64,000 nt of DNA, from NCBI GenBank assembly GCA_964016885.1, contig OZ024741.1:340504001-340568000 (forward strand). Direction: 5' to 3'. Shown here piece after piece: positions 25,510 through 38,932 of this stretch; position 1 is the first letter of the stretch, and the number at the start of each line of letters is the position of its first letter. Below the pieces are notes generated by a model that saw only the letters and a program-made list of their open reading frames with translations, had not been told where the DNA came from and did no database searches. This DNA is from Eledone cirrhosa (lineage: Eukaryota). Both the position numbers and the translations under genes were made by a program.

Positions 25510-26730
25510 CCCACACAATCATGTCTGTTTCTATAGCGATCTTCTTAACCACGCATCCATTTCTGCACCTATAGTGAACTTCTTAGCCACACAACCATGT
25601 CTGATTGTATAGCGAAACTTCTTAATCACACAACCATGTCTGCTTCTATAGTAAACTTCTTAACAACATAGCCATGTCTGCTTCTATAGTGAACTTCTTA
25701 ACCACACAACAATGTGAACTTCTTAACCACACAACAATGTCTGCTTCCTATAGTGAACTTCTTAACCACACAACAATGTGAACTTCTTAACCACACAACA
25801 ATGTCTGCTTCCTATAGTGAACTTCTTAACCACACAACAATGTGAACTTCTTAACAACATAGCCATGTCTGCTTCTATAGTGAACTTCTTAACCACACAA
25901 CAATGTGAACTTCTTAACCACACAACAATGTCTGCTTCCTATAGTGAACTTCTTAACCACACAACAATGTGAACTTCTTAACAACATAGCCATGTCTGCT
26001 TCTATAGTGAACTTCTTAACCACACAACAATGTGAACTTCTTAACAACATAGCCATGTCTGCTTCTATAGTGAACTTCTTAACCACACAACAATGTGAAC
26101 TTCTTAACAACATAGCCATGTCTGCTTCTATAGTGAACTTCTTAACCACACAACAATGTGAACTTCTTAACAACATAGCCATGTCTGCTTCTATAGTGAA
26201 CTTCTTAACCACACAACAATGTGAACTTCTTAACAACATAGCCATGTCTGCTTCTATAGTGAACTTCTTAACCACACAACAATGTGAACTTCTTAACAAC
26301 ATAGCCATGTCTGCTTCTATAGTGAACTTCTTAACCACACAACAATGTGAACTTCTTAACAACATAGCCATGTCTGCTTCTATAGTGAACTTCTTAACCA
26401 CACAACAATGGGAACTTCTTAACAACATAGCCATGTCTGCTTCTATAGTGAACTTCTTAACCACACAACAATGTGAACTTCTTAACAACATAGCCATGTC
26501 TGCTTCCTATAGTGAACTTCTTAACCACACAACAATGTGAACTTCTTAACAACATAGCCATGTCTGCTTCCTATAGTGAACTTCTTAACCACACAACAAT
26601 GTCTGCTTCCTATAGCGAACTTATTAACCACATAGCCATGTTTGCTTCTATAGCGAACTTCTTAATCACACAACCATGTCTGTTTCTATAGCGACCTTCT
26701 ACATCACACAGCCATGTCTGCTTCTATTTA
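25510..26730. repeat. Satellite with a 63-bp higher-order unit (25+38 bp subunits)
   Basis: GTGAACTTCTTAACCACACAACAAT + GTGAACTTCTTAACAACATAGCCATGTCTGCTTCTATA repeated; homogeneous centre, degenerate edges. Confidence 0.95.
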
Positions 26731-27536
26731 GAAACAATTATTTATTTGTCTCTGAAACAATAAATTCATATCCTGTGATTATTGAAGAGGTGGAAATAGA
26801 ACATTGTTACATCATACACTTACTTATTAAGCGTGTTAGTGACGACAGCAATGCGAAAGTGGTTCGCCAGTAAACTGTGGCGAAGTGTACGATTTTTCTG
26901 TCGCAAACACACATTCAATGTTTCCCTCCAGAGATTTGAATTTCCCTAGTCATTTAGAAGAGATACAAGCGATACATTATTTATGTCGAGTTAATTAATT
27001 CTGCTGATCTCATGTGACATGTTACATAATAATTGTTAAGTTGTTGCTGTAACTAACGACACAGAGATGATAACTACGTATCTGATGTCTCTAAAATTAA
27101 CTGAAAATTCATTGCTATTGTTACTATGTCTCAAGTAACAACTATCGTTTTTCAAGTGTGTCTGGCACACACACACACACACACACACATACACACATAC
27201 ACACACACACATATATATATTATATATATATTATTTATTATGTTTCATACACTTAACACGTATAACCTTTTCGCATTTTCGCTGCTTATACATACATATA
27301 TACGTAAATAAATACATACACAGACACACACACACACACACAGACACACACACACACACACACACACTCACACATTCACTCACAAATTTCTATGCATGTA
27401 TATACATGTATTGATATATGTCTATATCTATATATATATATATGTATAATGTAGGAGGTGAGTTTTATTGTAGTACAATAAAGCAATGCAGATATCGGAT
27501 AAGAAGCACTCTACAGTTTGTAGGACTGGAGTATAC

Positions 27537-27877
27537 ATAATATAAGATCAAAAGATGGTTAAAGGAGTTCCATGTATTTTATTATGCGCATTTCAAAAAC
27601 AAACATCATCATGCAATAATATTTGTGTTTTCATCAGATAAAACAGGAGAACATGATATGAAGGCTAAAAAACACTTGTGGATAGTACAGTTTTAAATCA
27701 ACATATCATATGTTGATTTAAAACTGCACTATCCACAAGTGTTTTTTAGCCTTCATATCATGTTCTCCTGTTTTATCTGATGAAAACACAAATATTATTG
27801 CATGATGATGTTTGTTTTTGAAATGCGCATAATAAAATACATGGAACTCCTTTAACCATCTTTTGATCTTATATTAT
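27537..27877. repeat. 341-bp near-perfect palindrome (170-bp arms, centre 27707) abutting (TA)n
   Basis: The arms are reverse complements; one mismatch seen (GTACAG vs GTGCAG). Confidence 0.95.
27771..27837 (+). ncRNA. Type I hammerhead ribozyme (mirror copy on - at 27577-27643)
   Basis: ttttat-CTGATGA-long AU stem II-GAAA-tgcgca-TA-ataaaa, with a palindromic stem III as in PLE dimeric hammerheads. Confidence 0.7.
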
Positions 27878-27922
27878 ATATATATGTATATATATGTATA
27901 TTTATGTGTGTGTGTATGTATG

Positions 27923-27978
<56 letters not shown>

Positions 27979-27987
27979 TACATATAA

Positions 27988-28085
<98 letters not shown>

Positions 28086-28172
28086 TAGAAATATAAGCTT
28101 TCACCGTATTTTTGACTAAAGAAATTTTAGCCTGAAATTTTAGAACCCTCAGGGAAATGGAACAAGATGAGT

Positions 28173-28261
<89 letters not shown>

Positions 28262-29719
28262 GTTTGTGTGTAGGGGCGCGCGTTTGTAAAGTACCTGTAG
28301 AATTGCTTTGCACAATTGATACTCTGTGGAAAGCAAGTAATTATTTATTAAACCAAACGCATTAAAATATTAGTTTGATCTTCTGTCGGTATTATTGATA
28401 AGCATTTAGTTGTCCAATAAACTGAACTATCTGCGAGTTAAACTATCATGTATGTGGTTGAGTATTTCTAAGATATGTATACTCCTAAGAGGCCATATCA
28501 GCGTGACATAGTACGTGACAATGCTGGCCCTTTGAATTACAGATACAATCCTCCTCATGGTCTTCCTTACAGGATTGGTCTACTTAATTGCGCTCGCAAA
28601 GCATGGTTCGATCCGAGGCTATAATAAAAGACACTTGCTCCAAATTCCACGAAGTAGAATCGAACTTGGGTCAAAGTTCCTAACCATTTGGTGAAACTCT
28701 ACATCAACTCATTAGTATATCAAAGAAAAGAGGTGTTCGTCAGATCGTACCAAGGAAACAATGTGTCCATTGCACTTTCCATTCCATATACTATCTGCCA
28801 GCTGCAACACCTGGCAGAAGAAAAAAGCCAGTCGTCAGATTGGACTATAGGAACAATGTTTCGATTGGTTAAACCAAGAAAACAATGTTTCCACTGGTCT
28901 TTCCATTGCAGATACTATCTACCGGTTGCAACACATGATAAAAAGAAAAAACCGATCATCTGATCGGACCAAGTAGATAACGTTTGCAGTAGTCTTTTCA
29001 TTTTTGATAGTATTTGCTCAAGAATACAACAAGCCTCCCGGTAAAGAATCAAACCCTCGACCTTATGATCGTAAGTCAAACACCCTAAAAGCTTGACCAT
29101 GTGCCTATATATATATCAATCAGCATTTAATATACGAATAGGAGTGAGGGAGAGAGTGGAGGAACAAGAAGATGGTTTTGTTTTGTTATTTTTTGTTTTA
29201 TTTATTGATTTATTTGTTGTCATTTGTTGCAATGTATTGATGCTTTACACGCGTGATCGTCAGAGTTCAAACCTACATCATTAATATTTAGAGTTCATCT
29301 CTGGAGTCTTCTACTGATAACTTCTATCACTTCCGCCACCAATACCACCACCTTAACCGCTACCATTGCCACCATCGTCACCACCTCTTCTGCCTCTTCC
29401 TCTCCCTCAGCCTCCAACACCTCCACCCCTACTAACTCCATCACCAACATCACCTTCTACTATTACAACTTCTTATCCTCCGCATCAACCTCCAATACCA
29501 CCACTACCATCGCCATTCCCTCCACTACCACCACCACCAGTACAATCAACGGTTAAATGAGATCAATGGTTAAAACAGATCAGTAGGTAAATCAGATCAA
29601 GTATTAAAACAGACTAATGATTAAATCAAATCAAAGATAATTGATTGACAAGAACTATCAATATAAGTCTAACCATAGTAAGCGCTAGAGAAAAGAAATA
29701 AACTTCTTGTAAGTTCTGT

Positions 29720-30080
29720 CAAGAAAATTAAGAGTTAAGGAGCCAGATGTCATTACAGTAATCTCATTCTGCGGTAGTAAACCCCTCATCTGAGACACGA
29801 CATCCAGCGGCAGTTTCTCCAGCAACAACTTGTTGAGTTCAATGACAGGCACAGTTTTCGTTTCCCGACAAACTGATGATCGTAAGCTGTTGAAGTACAA
29901 GCCACTTTCTGATTTATCATTTAACTTATAGCAGTGGAAACTTCTGGCTTACTTGGGTCCCTGAACCACCTTATTACTCGCTGCTGTCGGCCACCCTTAG
30001 AAACGAGTCCCTTTGCTATCTTCCGGGATAAAGTTTTCTCTATTTTGTCAGTTGGGACCATGAGGCAGTATACACTCGGG
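29720..30080 (+). pseudogene. Degenerate RLE-type (CRE-like) retrotransposon 3' fragment
   Basis: EPDVITVISFCGSKPLI*DTT...DDRKLLKYKPL..IAVETSG resembles the PD.T..P..GK.L.WD.T / K..KY / AVET.G endonuclease tail. Confidence 0.55.
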
Positions 30081-31050
30081 GTTCTGCACGATGGAGTGGC
30101 AGAATAGGCGAACAGGTGAGAGGCATGACAATATTTCATTGGCTGATTCATACTGTGGCCGTTGATCACTACAGACATACATGCAACCACACACACACAT
30201 TGCTATAAGCTTTTAAATTCATAATCTGTATTAGCAACTGAAGCCGTTAATTATTTTTTTTATTAAGAAGAACTGCCATTTAAGTTTTTTGATAGGTAGG
30301 AGAAAGAACAGTATACAGAATATTAGCAGAGTTTACAGACTAATGAGATTGATATAAAAAATAACGTGGAAGCTGTGGCTGAATAGAAATGGCAAGTAGG
30401 GTCAGTATTATATCATTTGGACCTGGACTGATACTTAATCAAGCTCGGTTAAGTCACCTGTGCATTATGGGAGCGAGCAGGAGGAGAGCCATCAAAAACA
30501 TGGAAACAGCATTTAGATGACAATAGCTTAGAAGTGGCCGGTGAGGCTAGTAGTGTATATGTATATATGGTACTAGGATCAAGCTGAAACTTGATCAACC
30601 TCGGTCGGGTCAGCTTGATGAGGATGTATATTGTAAAACCTTAAACACTCAGTAACTCCAGGACGATGTGTCCTATGTTATAGACTCTAGGATACAACAT
30701 TGATGATGTGTCCAAGTATACACCATAGTCGGGTCACTTGGATGAAGGTGTATGTTGTAAGATCCATAACGCCCAATGACTCTAAGATACAACACTGATG
30801 ATGTGCCTAATGTTTTGAATCCGTAATTGGGTTAAGAACTCGATATGGCTGATGCCAAGTTTGAATAGTAGTAGGTCACTACCCTGCCTGAATGTTTGTA
30901 ACAGAATGAACTTCACCAAAGGCATCCAAAGACCAGTTAGTGGTGGTGGTGGTGGTGGTGGTGGTAGTGATGGTGTTGTTGTTGGTGGTGGTGGTAGTTG
31001 TGGTGTTGTTGTTGCTGGTGGTTGTGGTGGTGATGATGATGGTGTTGTTG

Positions 31051-31082
<32 letters not shown>

Positions 31083-31624
31083 GGTGGTGGTGGTTGTGGT
31101 GGTGTGGATGACAGTGTTAAACTTGGTGGCGTGTTAACATTACACAGTCTCACCACCTCCTCTACTACAATGTTTGAACTTGGACTTGCTCTAAAATGGG
31201 AAATCAATGCATAACAACACAACCTAGTAAATCATTAATAGGATTCAATATGTTCCAACAGTCCACAGTGTTGTGGTTGATTACTTCGTTATATGAAGGT
31301 GACCATGCCAACCAGGAGATAAGACAACGTGACATATCATGGCTTTGGTATTTCCCTTGTTACTATGATTGATGTATTTTAAATTGATAGCTTCGATTGC
31401 TATCATCTGTCAATCAGCCGGCAGCTAGCTTTAACTAGAATGATTAGATGTCTGATGGAAGAGTTGACCACGGTTTGTATCCTGTATAGGTCAGACAGTA
31501 GCACTGACCTTTACAGTGTAGAAGAGTAATAGCTGATAAACTGACTCATAAACATACGGGAAACTGTTGAGATATCAAATGTTTCTATTTTCGACTTCAC
31601 ATGTTGATAAAAATGGTTTCTTAT

Positions 31625-31840
31625 TCATGCACAAGGCCAACAATTGTCTTTTGGGGTTGGGGAAGATATTTGATTATATTGACCCCAATACATGATTGGT
31701 ACTTTATTTTATCGACCTGGAAAGATGACAGGCGAAGTTGACCTCGGGGCATTTGAACTCAGAACGTAAAGCATCGGAACAAATACTGTAAAGTATTTCT
31801 CTGACGCTCTCACGGATCAGCCAATCCACCACCCTTCACT
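31625..31840 (-). mobile_element. Meta-like tRNA SINE copy
   Basis: Reverse-complement similarity to the 12020-12199 SINE core (GGTACTTTATTTTATCGACC..AAAG..GGCG/CAAAGTTGACCTCGG..ATTTGAACTCAG). Confidence 0.7.
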
Positions 31841-31929
31841 CAATGATGATAATACAAATAAAACTAAGAATAATACACTGACCATCATCGCTATCACAAT
31901 GATTCATGTCAAGAAAATGTGCAGGACCC

Positions 31930-32320
31930 CAGGTGCATGCCGTTTCATGGTCCCAGCAAAAAGAATAGAAAAAGCATTAACTAGAAGGTTAGCATGAGAA
32001 AGGCATTGAAATAGCCATTCCAACTCCTGTGGGTGGCCAACTCCATCTCGATAATAGTGAGTAGGGAGGTGATTCGGGGGTTCAAAACGTCAGAAGTCCT
32101 CACTGTTATAGGTAATGACAAACCTATCGCAAAGCGGCCGATACTTCAACAGCTTGCGATCTTCAGCTTGTTCGGAAACAAAAAGTAGGTCTGTGACCTA
32201 ATGAACTAAGTTACCACTGGAGAAAGTGTCGCTGCATGTTGCATCCCATATGAGGGTCTTACCACCACAGAACGGGAAGATTATGATGTCATCTAATTTT
32301 TTGTCGTTGTCTTGTTGATA
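31930..32320 (-). pseudogene. Second degenerate CRE-like RLE 3' fragment, inverted relative to 29720-30080
   Basis: Minus: IIIFPFCGGKTLIWDATCSDTFS..AEDRKLLKYRPL. Confidence 0.55.
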
Positions 32321-32883
32321 ACTTAGTTATATTCAGTTATTGCCCTTAAACCGTAAGTCTGATGACGTCATTACATAACCAAAGCAAGTCTTGAGTACAT
32401 GTCGAGTACATTATATAGTTTAGTATTTGGTTAGGTTTGTTGTTATATTTCTTAGATAAATTATGTGAACGTTTCGTTGATGATGATCTCGCGTTTAATG
32501 GAAGTTGACTTTACGATTTTCATTTCATTTAGTATTATAGTGAATTATGTATGATATAACAGGGAAAACAGATTATCACATTTCAGCTATTCTACTATCC
32601 ACAGTTTCACGCTGTCTTCATACATCAATTTATTTAATATTGCACTCAAATTCTTTATGATATTATCAGAGAAATATAAAAGCCGCCGTGACTATAAATT
32701 CATATCAAAATTGCTGAGCCATATATTTCATATCACGGTGAAATAGAGTACATATCTCTGAGATTGTTTTCTTAAAAGATAGCAGCAATCTAGTTTCTAG
32801 TCTATCACAACTCCAAAATATAGGAAACATCATACAGGTAAACTGACTAAGCCAGTTATTATGTGATACACAGTGAGTATACA

Positions 32884-32966
<83 letters not shown>

Positions 32967-32970
32967 CTAT
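32884..32970. repeat. (CTAT)n microsatellite, 5' flank of the Tx1 array
   Basis: Directly visible. Further tracts at 38714-38730, 44429-44463 and 50284-50342. Confidence 0.97.
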
Positions 32971-33186
32971 TTCTGGGATGGACACACGCGTATAACTTGC
33001 TGAGTAAGTTCTGTTTAAATTTCTATAGAAATTCTTATCTGTAAACTTTAATTTTTGTATCATTTTGTAGAGGGACTGCCAGGTCAAACTTTGATCTGGT
33101 CAGTCTCTCAAAATATTCTACGCCTTTAGACGAAATAGTTAAACAAAAAAAAGTTTTTTCTTGTTGAAAAGTTAACATTTTTTAAA

Positions 33187-34986
33187 ATGGCTGAAGCTTC
33201 TTCACCAAAATTCGAAGGAGGAAAGGGGAAGATAAACTTACAACTTCCCCCTGCCACTGTCACAGTAGCAGAGGTCAAAAAGAAAGGTCAGCCAGAGGAA
33301 GGATTTTCTCCACCTGTTGACCGACAACTTGACGTTGCCATGGCAACAATCCAAAGAACCAGCGGCACCAGCAACAGCAACAACAACAACAACAATGCGA
33401 CGGACGAAAACAACACCAATAACAATAACAACAACAACAAGACCAATAACTGTGATAACAACAACAATGATAACAACAACACCACCAACTACAACAGCAA
33501 CACAAACAAAAAAAATTTCTCCTTCGCCGAGACGGCAAGGAAGACCCTCGACTATCTGCCAGTAGATATAACCAAAGCGAAGGAGCTACTGGCAGATGCC
33601 AAAAAATATATAGTGTACGGGGAAAATGGTTCATTCACGACCCCCCCCCACCCCCGGAACTAAAAAGCCAGAGACTCCTAAACACTGTCATGTTTAGGAC
33701 AATCTCGAATAAAAGCAAAGAACCAGCTCAACCATCACAGAGTGAGATAGAGCTGGTTTTAAAAGACGTCATGAAGGACATCACCTTCATTCAGAAGGAT
33801 AGACTCGACGGGAGTCTATCCATTCTCATGAAGGACAGGGACACAGCAATGAAACTGTCCATCAAACCAATCACATCCACCGCATACACCTTCTACCCTA
33901 CGTACATGGGTAGAAGAACACAAAAAATAAAAATCCACACCATCCTGCCGATTATGGACATATGGTGGGTTTTGACAGGTTTCCTGGACCTGGATGATGA
34001 CACGCTGGTGTCCATGGGAAAGGCATCGGGTGACGCGTTCAGTGGAACGAGCCTTGAACTTGTAGTTCAAATGAGGCCCGAAAGGATCGCCCAGATCCCT
34101 GAACGCTTCATACTGGATGATCAAACTTTCATCAACATTACCGTTGAGGGTAGGCGGCCCTCGTGTTACCTCTGCGGAACCAGAGGTCACCTGAGGGCTG
34201 TCTGTCCCCAACTTAATAAGAAAACCCCAATCCTGCCTACACCACCAACAACTGCTCAACCAACACAATCACCACAACTACCACTACAAAAACAACCACC
34301 ACAGCTCAAACCAAAACAAAACAATGCCCCCCCCCCCCCCACCCCCCACTCAAAAAACAAAAACAATTTCCAAAACACCCGCACCGCAAACACAACCCGA
34401 AAATATACCCCTCCCCTCCAACGCGGAAGATGACACTAGTTCGTCCTCAGACGAGGAGGAGCACTTCCACACAATCAAAAGAAAAAAAAGAAAACACACC
34501 TCAGACACCCCAATGAAAACAACCCCTCCCCAAAACTTAACACTGACACCAACACAAAAGAGCTCACAACAGCAAACAAAAAACACCACACAAAAACAAA
34601 AACATGCATACACATACATAAACACAAGAAACAAAAAACTGTTAAACATTGTGTACAACAACAATCTAATAAAAACCCAAGGGCCTAACTTCACCCAGGC
34701 AGGGGATTTCCCCCACCTCAAAATGATTAAGGCCCCACAGGACACCTATAAAACTTTAAAAAACAACTTTAAAGAGGACGTGGGTCCCCCCTGTGTCGGG
34801 CCCATTAACCGCGTCCTCCTAAAAAACTACCCCATACCCTCCCCAAACACCCACACAACTCCAAACTCCCCAACCACACAACACACTGATGCCCCTACAC
34901 TTCCACAAACCACCACCCCACCCAACAACACATCCCCCACCCTAATGGAAATTGTGCAGCCCGATACCCGGGACGCAGAGAGGTAA
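33187..34986 (+). pseudogene. ORF1 of element B (frameshifted at C runs)
   Basis: ORF pieces 33187, 33690 and 34324 join; knuckle CYLCGTRGHLRAVC. Confidence 0.85.
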
Positions 34987-35010
34987 GTGCCTTTTCTCTT
35001 CACCACCAAC

Positions 35011-38000
35011 ATGGCTATGCTAAGAGTAGGCTGTTTAAATGCGCGTGGCCTGGGCTCAACTTGGAAGCAAGCAATGCTTCTAAATGACCTCAGGTCACAA
35101 CGTATAGATGTGATGGTTATTTGCGAGGCCCGGATCAGCAACGTGCGACAGCTGGCCCCCACCTTTGATGACTTTGAGATGCACGCATCTCTCTGTCAGC
35201 CCGGAGGTGGGGGGTAGGGTTGTCGTTCTGCTGCAAAAACATCTGGGTCTCGCAACACAGATGGTACATTTGGACCCGGAGGGTCGACTAGTGGTTCTGG
35301 ACCTTGGCAGTGGTAAAGGCGGAGCGTTTAGGTTGGTAGCCGCCTACGGCCCTTTCCGGTCAATGCGGCCGGACTTCTTCCATCGTCTGGAGACTTTTCT
35401 AGGGACGTCCCGCTCCTTGCTATTAGTGGGGGACTGGAATGGTATCCTAGATGCACGCTGGGACTACGTAGGGGCCTGTCCCGATAGAGAGGGGTGTAAT
35501 AGCCTCAAAGGGTTAATCGGTCGATTTGACCTGGCCGATAGATATCGACTAGATTTTCCGACTGCGCCAACCTGGACTTGGGCAAATAGTAGCGGATCAT
35601 CTAGGTCGTACCTAGATAGGTTCTTAGTTAGAATTAAGGATAAGGACTTTTTAAGTTGTCCAAAAATGCGCATGGTTGGCTACTCAGACCACAAATTAGT
35701 GACCTGCATGGTCAACCTTGACAGAACTCATAGACAGGGACCCGGTTACTGGAAGCTCAACTTGTCCTTACCGGCAAGTAAGGCTTACAGGGAGCGGATT
35801 AGCACTTTAGTTAAGGAGCGGTTGACGGGCGCCATCGTCAACAGCAGGTGGTGGGGATCTCTCAAAAGAGAGATTAGAGTAGTCTCTATAGAATTTAGTA
35901 AGGAGTTAGCCTCAAATAGAAATAGGAAGGAAAGGGAGTTGGTAGATAGTGTAGAAGAGGCAATTAGAAGCGGCGACGTGGCCAGAGTGCTAGCGTCGAG
36001 AACGGCCCTGGGCCAGTTCTTCGACGCGAAACACGAAGGCTGCATCGTCCGAAGCAAAATACGTGCTCTGGGAAACGAGGGGACCAAAGCTGTTAGCTGG
36101 GCCCGCGTGACAGAAGCCAAAAGAGGGAGCAGATCCACTATCCGGTCTTTGCGAGACCAGGATGGACGGGTGATCCTTGAACCTAAGCAGATGTGCGAGG
36201 ATTTTCAAAAGCACTTTGCCGGATTGTTCGGAAGGGGCGGGGAGCCGGTTGGGGATGTGGACTTCGGTCCATAACTCGACGGCCTGCCGCGTCTCTCGGA
36301 CAGGGAGGCGAAGTCCTGCGAGGAGCCGATTTCAGCCGCTGAGATAGAGGACGTGCTGAGCCAATGCGGCAAACGCAAATCCCCGGGTCTCGATGGTCTT
36401 CCATACGAACTATATCTAGCTATGCCGGACTTGTTCCCCAATCTCCTCGAGGCGGTCTACTGCAACTGGCAACAGAACGGGAGAATTCCCTGTGCTGTGA
36501 CCAAGGGCGTAGTCACGTTAGTGAGGAAGGACGAGAACAAGGGGGACGATTTAAATAATTTCAGGCCCATAACTCTGCTAAATACAGAGTTACAGATTTT
36601 GGCCAAGGTGCTAGCAAAGAGGTTGGCGCTTGTCGTGGGCAACCTGGTGGGAGATGCGCAGACATGTGCTATCCCGTCCAGGTCCATCCACGACAACCTC
36701 CACCTCATGCGATACATCATAGAGAGGGTTGGGAACGAACCCGGCTTTGGTGGGGCCCTGATCAACTTGGATCAATCTAAGGCATTCGATAGGGTCGACC
36801 ATGGTTACCTGGATGCGGTGATAGCGGCGGCAGGCTTCGGACCCGTTTTCAGGGGCTGGATCAATGCCATGCACAGCAGCCGCATCTGCTCTAGGGTCAA
36901 GGTGAACGGCTACCTCTCGGAGCCGTTCGAAATCGCGCGGTCCATCCGACAGGGGTGCCCTCTCTCCTCCCTTCTGTATGTAATGACTCTAGAGCCACTG
37001 CTGCGGAAGTTGGAGTTGTTGCAGGGCATCCCGTTGGAACCGGGATTGCGGAAAGCGGTGTCAGCCTACGCCGATGACGTAACAGTAATGGTGTCGACGG
37101 CCTCGGAAATCGGGGCGATCGGCACCTTACTGGAGGAGTACGAAAGGTTTACAGGGGCTAAGCTGAACCGGGACAAATAGATCGGTCTGCAACTCGGCAC
37201 GTGGAGGGGCAGATCGATGCCCTCCGATGGCGTCGTCGGGCGCTGGAAGGAGGGCCCGGTGAAGTTGCTCGGGGTCTGGTTCGGACCAGACCTCCAGGTG
37301 GAGAAGAACTGGGGTGAGGTAACGAACAGGGTGTTTGCACTGACCCAGAAGTGGGCCGAGTGCAAACTGTCCCTGAAAGGTCGGGCGGAGGTAGCGAACA
37401 CTTATATAGCGTCCGTCATCTACTACCGCCTGACCGTTGTGCCTTGCCCAAGGGAAACGTTCGCCAAAATGGAGCGCGCACTCTTCCAATTCCTTTGGAA
37501 GAAGCGGGCTCCTATGGTGAGGAGATCCATCTGCTGTCAACACCCTTCGAAAGGAGGGCTGGGGATGCCGTGGCTGATGATACGTAAACACGCATTAAGG
37601 CTACGGCACCTTCAGGTATTCCTCTCCGGTCAACCGGTGTGGGTCCCGTTTGTGAGGCGAGCCTTTCCCAGACTCGTCTCACTCACCGAGCTGCAATCCT
37701 GGGTCAAGCAAAGACCGAGAAAACTGGGGGCCTGGCACACCGAGTGTGCCCAGGCGCTCACGGCTCTCTGGCAGGCGGACCCGGCTGTCAGTGGAGAATC
37801 CACCTCGTCATTCTATAGAGGGCTGGTGGTTAGCAGGTGCGACGACGCCCTCGGAGAAGCCCTAGGCATGGAGGAAGACGAACTGGCAAACCTGTCGGTA
37901 GGACATTCAGCCCGGGACCCATGGATAACTTCCATAGGTCCCTGGCCTGGCAATGCTACAGAAGGGCTCTGCCCGTTCGAGAAAGGCTCTACAGACACGG

Positions 38001-38448
38001 GTGCCCGGGTAGGGACCCCTCGAAAAAGATCTGTCCCAGATGCGTGTGCGACGAGGAAACCGTTGCACACGCATTGGTACACTGCTCGGGCATTGCCGAT
38101 CTGTGGGGCTATGTCAAACAACTGCTGTCAAGGGTGGGACCGATCCGGTTGACCACCGAGTCTATTGTAACGATCAAGCCGCCTCCCCTCTTCAAAAACG
38201 AAGGAGAGGCGGTGTTTCTGTGCGTAATAGCCATGGCGAAAGAGGTTGTATGGTGGACGCGTCTGAAAGGACTGAGGTCAGACACCTTTCTCTCTGGCCA
38301 ACAACTGGTCCGTTTCTTCCGATATCATTTCGGAAGAAGGATCAGGATGGAGAGAGAGGTGCTGCACCCCAGCCGTTTTTATGAAAGATGGGTGAAAGTG
38401 GCGAGAATGGCCCGTGTGAATGGGCCTTCACTCTACATCAGACTATAG
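35011..38448 (+). pseudogene. ORF2 of element B (APE-RT-ZnF; frameshifts and in-frame stops at ~36272 and ~37178)
   Basis: Consecutive ORF pieces collinear with element A ORF2. Confidence 0.92.
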
Positions 38449-38932
38449 GTGAGAAAGATGAAAGACCAAGGGAGCACCCCTTCTCAGTGCTCCTGAGGAA
38501 AAGGGTTGCACACTTTTTTTCGGGGGTGTGTGCGACCCCCCAAGGCGCCTCCTCTCTATTGAGGACTTTGTTATAAATTTTATTTTTTGTTATATTTTAT
38601 TTTATTTTTATATATTGTTATTGCCTCCTCCTTATTGAGGACGCCTTGTTTTGTAAACTCCCCCCATTGTACTTGTCCCACTTTTGATGCCCTGGTGGCA
38701 AATAAAAGAAACATATCTATCTATCTATCTTGATAGAGTAAGACACGCTTCACATCGGCTCCGCTATTCCATCGGGATTTACCCTTACTATTGTAAGTAC
38801 CGGATAAATTTTTCAGTGCAACACATTTGGAACACTAACCCCTGTTATTTAGGGAAACATTTTTGCATTTACCCCCTTTTTAGGGGGTAAAATAAATATC
38901 TATTTTTGCCGAAAAATTTCGTTCTTGGCAGC

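Larger units (their letters stand above)
32971..38713 (+). mobile_element. Full-length L1/Tx1-clade element B in (CTAT)n
   Basis: ORF1 and ORF2 homologous to element A; AATAAA at 38701; CTAT tracts on both sides. Confidence 0.92.

Noticed and set aside
25778-26540. CRISPR-like array or 21-aa repeat protein
   Set aside because: Units are identical with no unique spacers, there are no cas genes, and the context is eukaryotic. The ORFs arise from the 63-bp period.
30782-31222. Pro/Thr- or Gly/Val-rich ORFs (also 29366-29560 and 58815-59854)
   Set aside because: Trinucleotide low-complexity tracts with no supportable gene structure.
33004-33070. Intron-like GTAAGT...TTTTGTAG in the element B 5' UTR (weaker analogues in A, C, D)
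   Set aside because: Lengths and positions are inconsistent among elements and such motifs are common in AT-rich DNA. Worth a look only if RNA-seq is examined.
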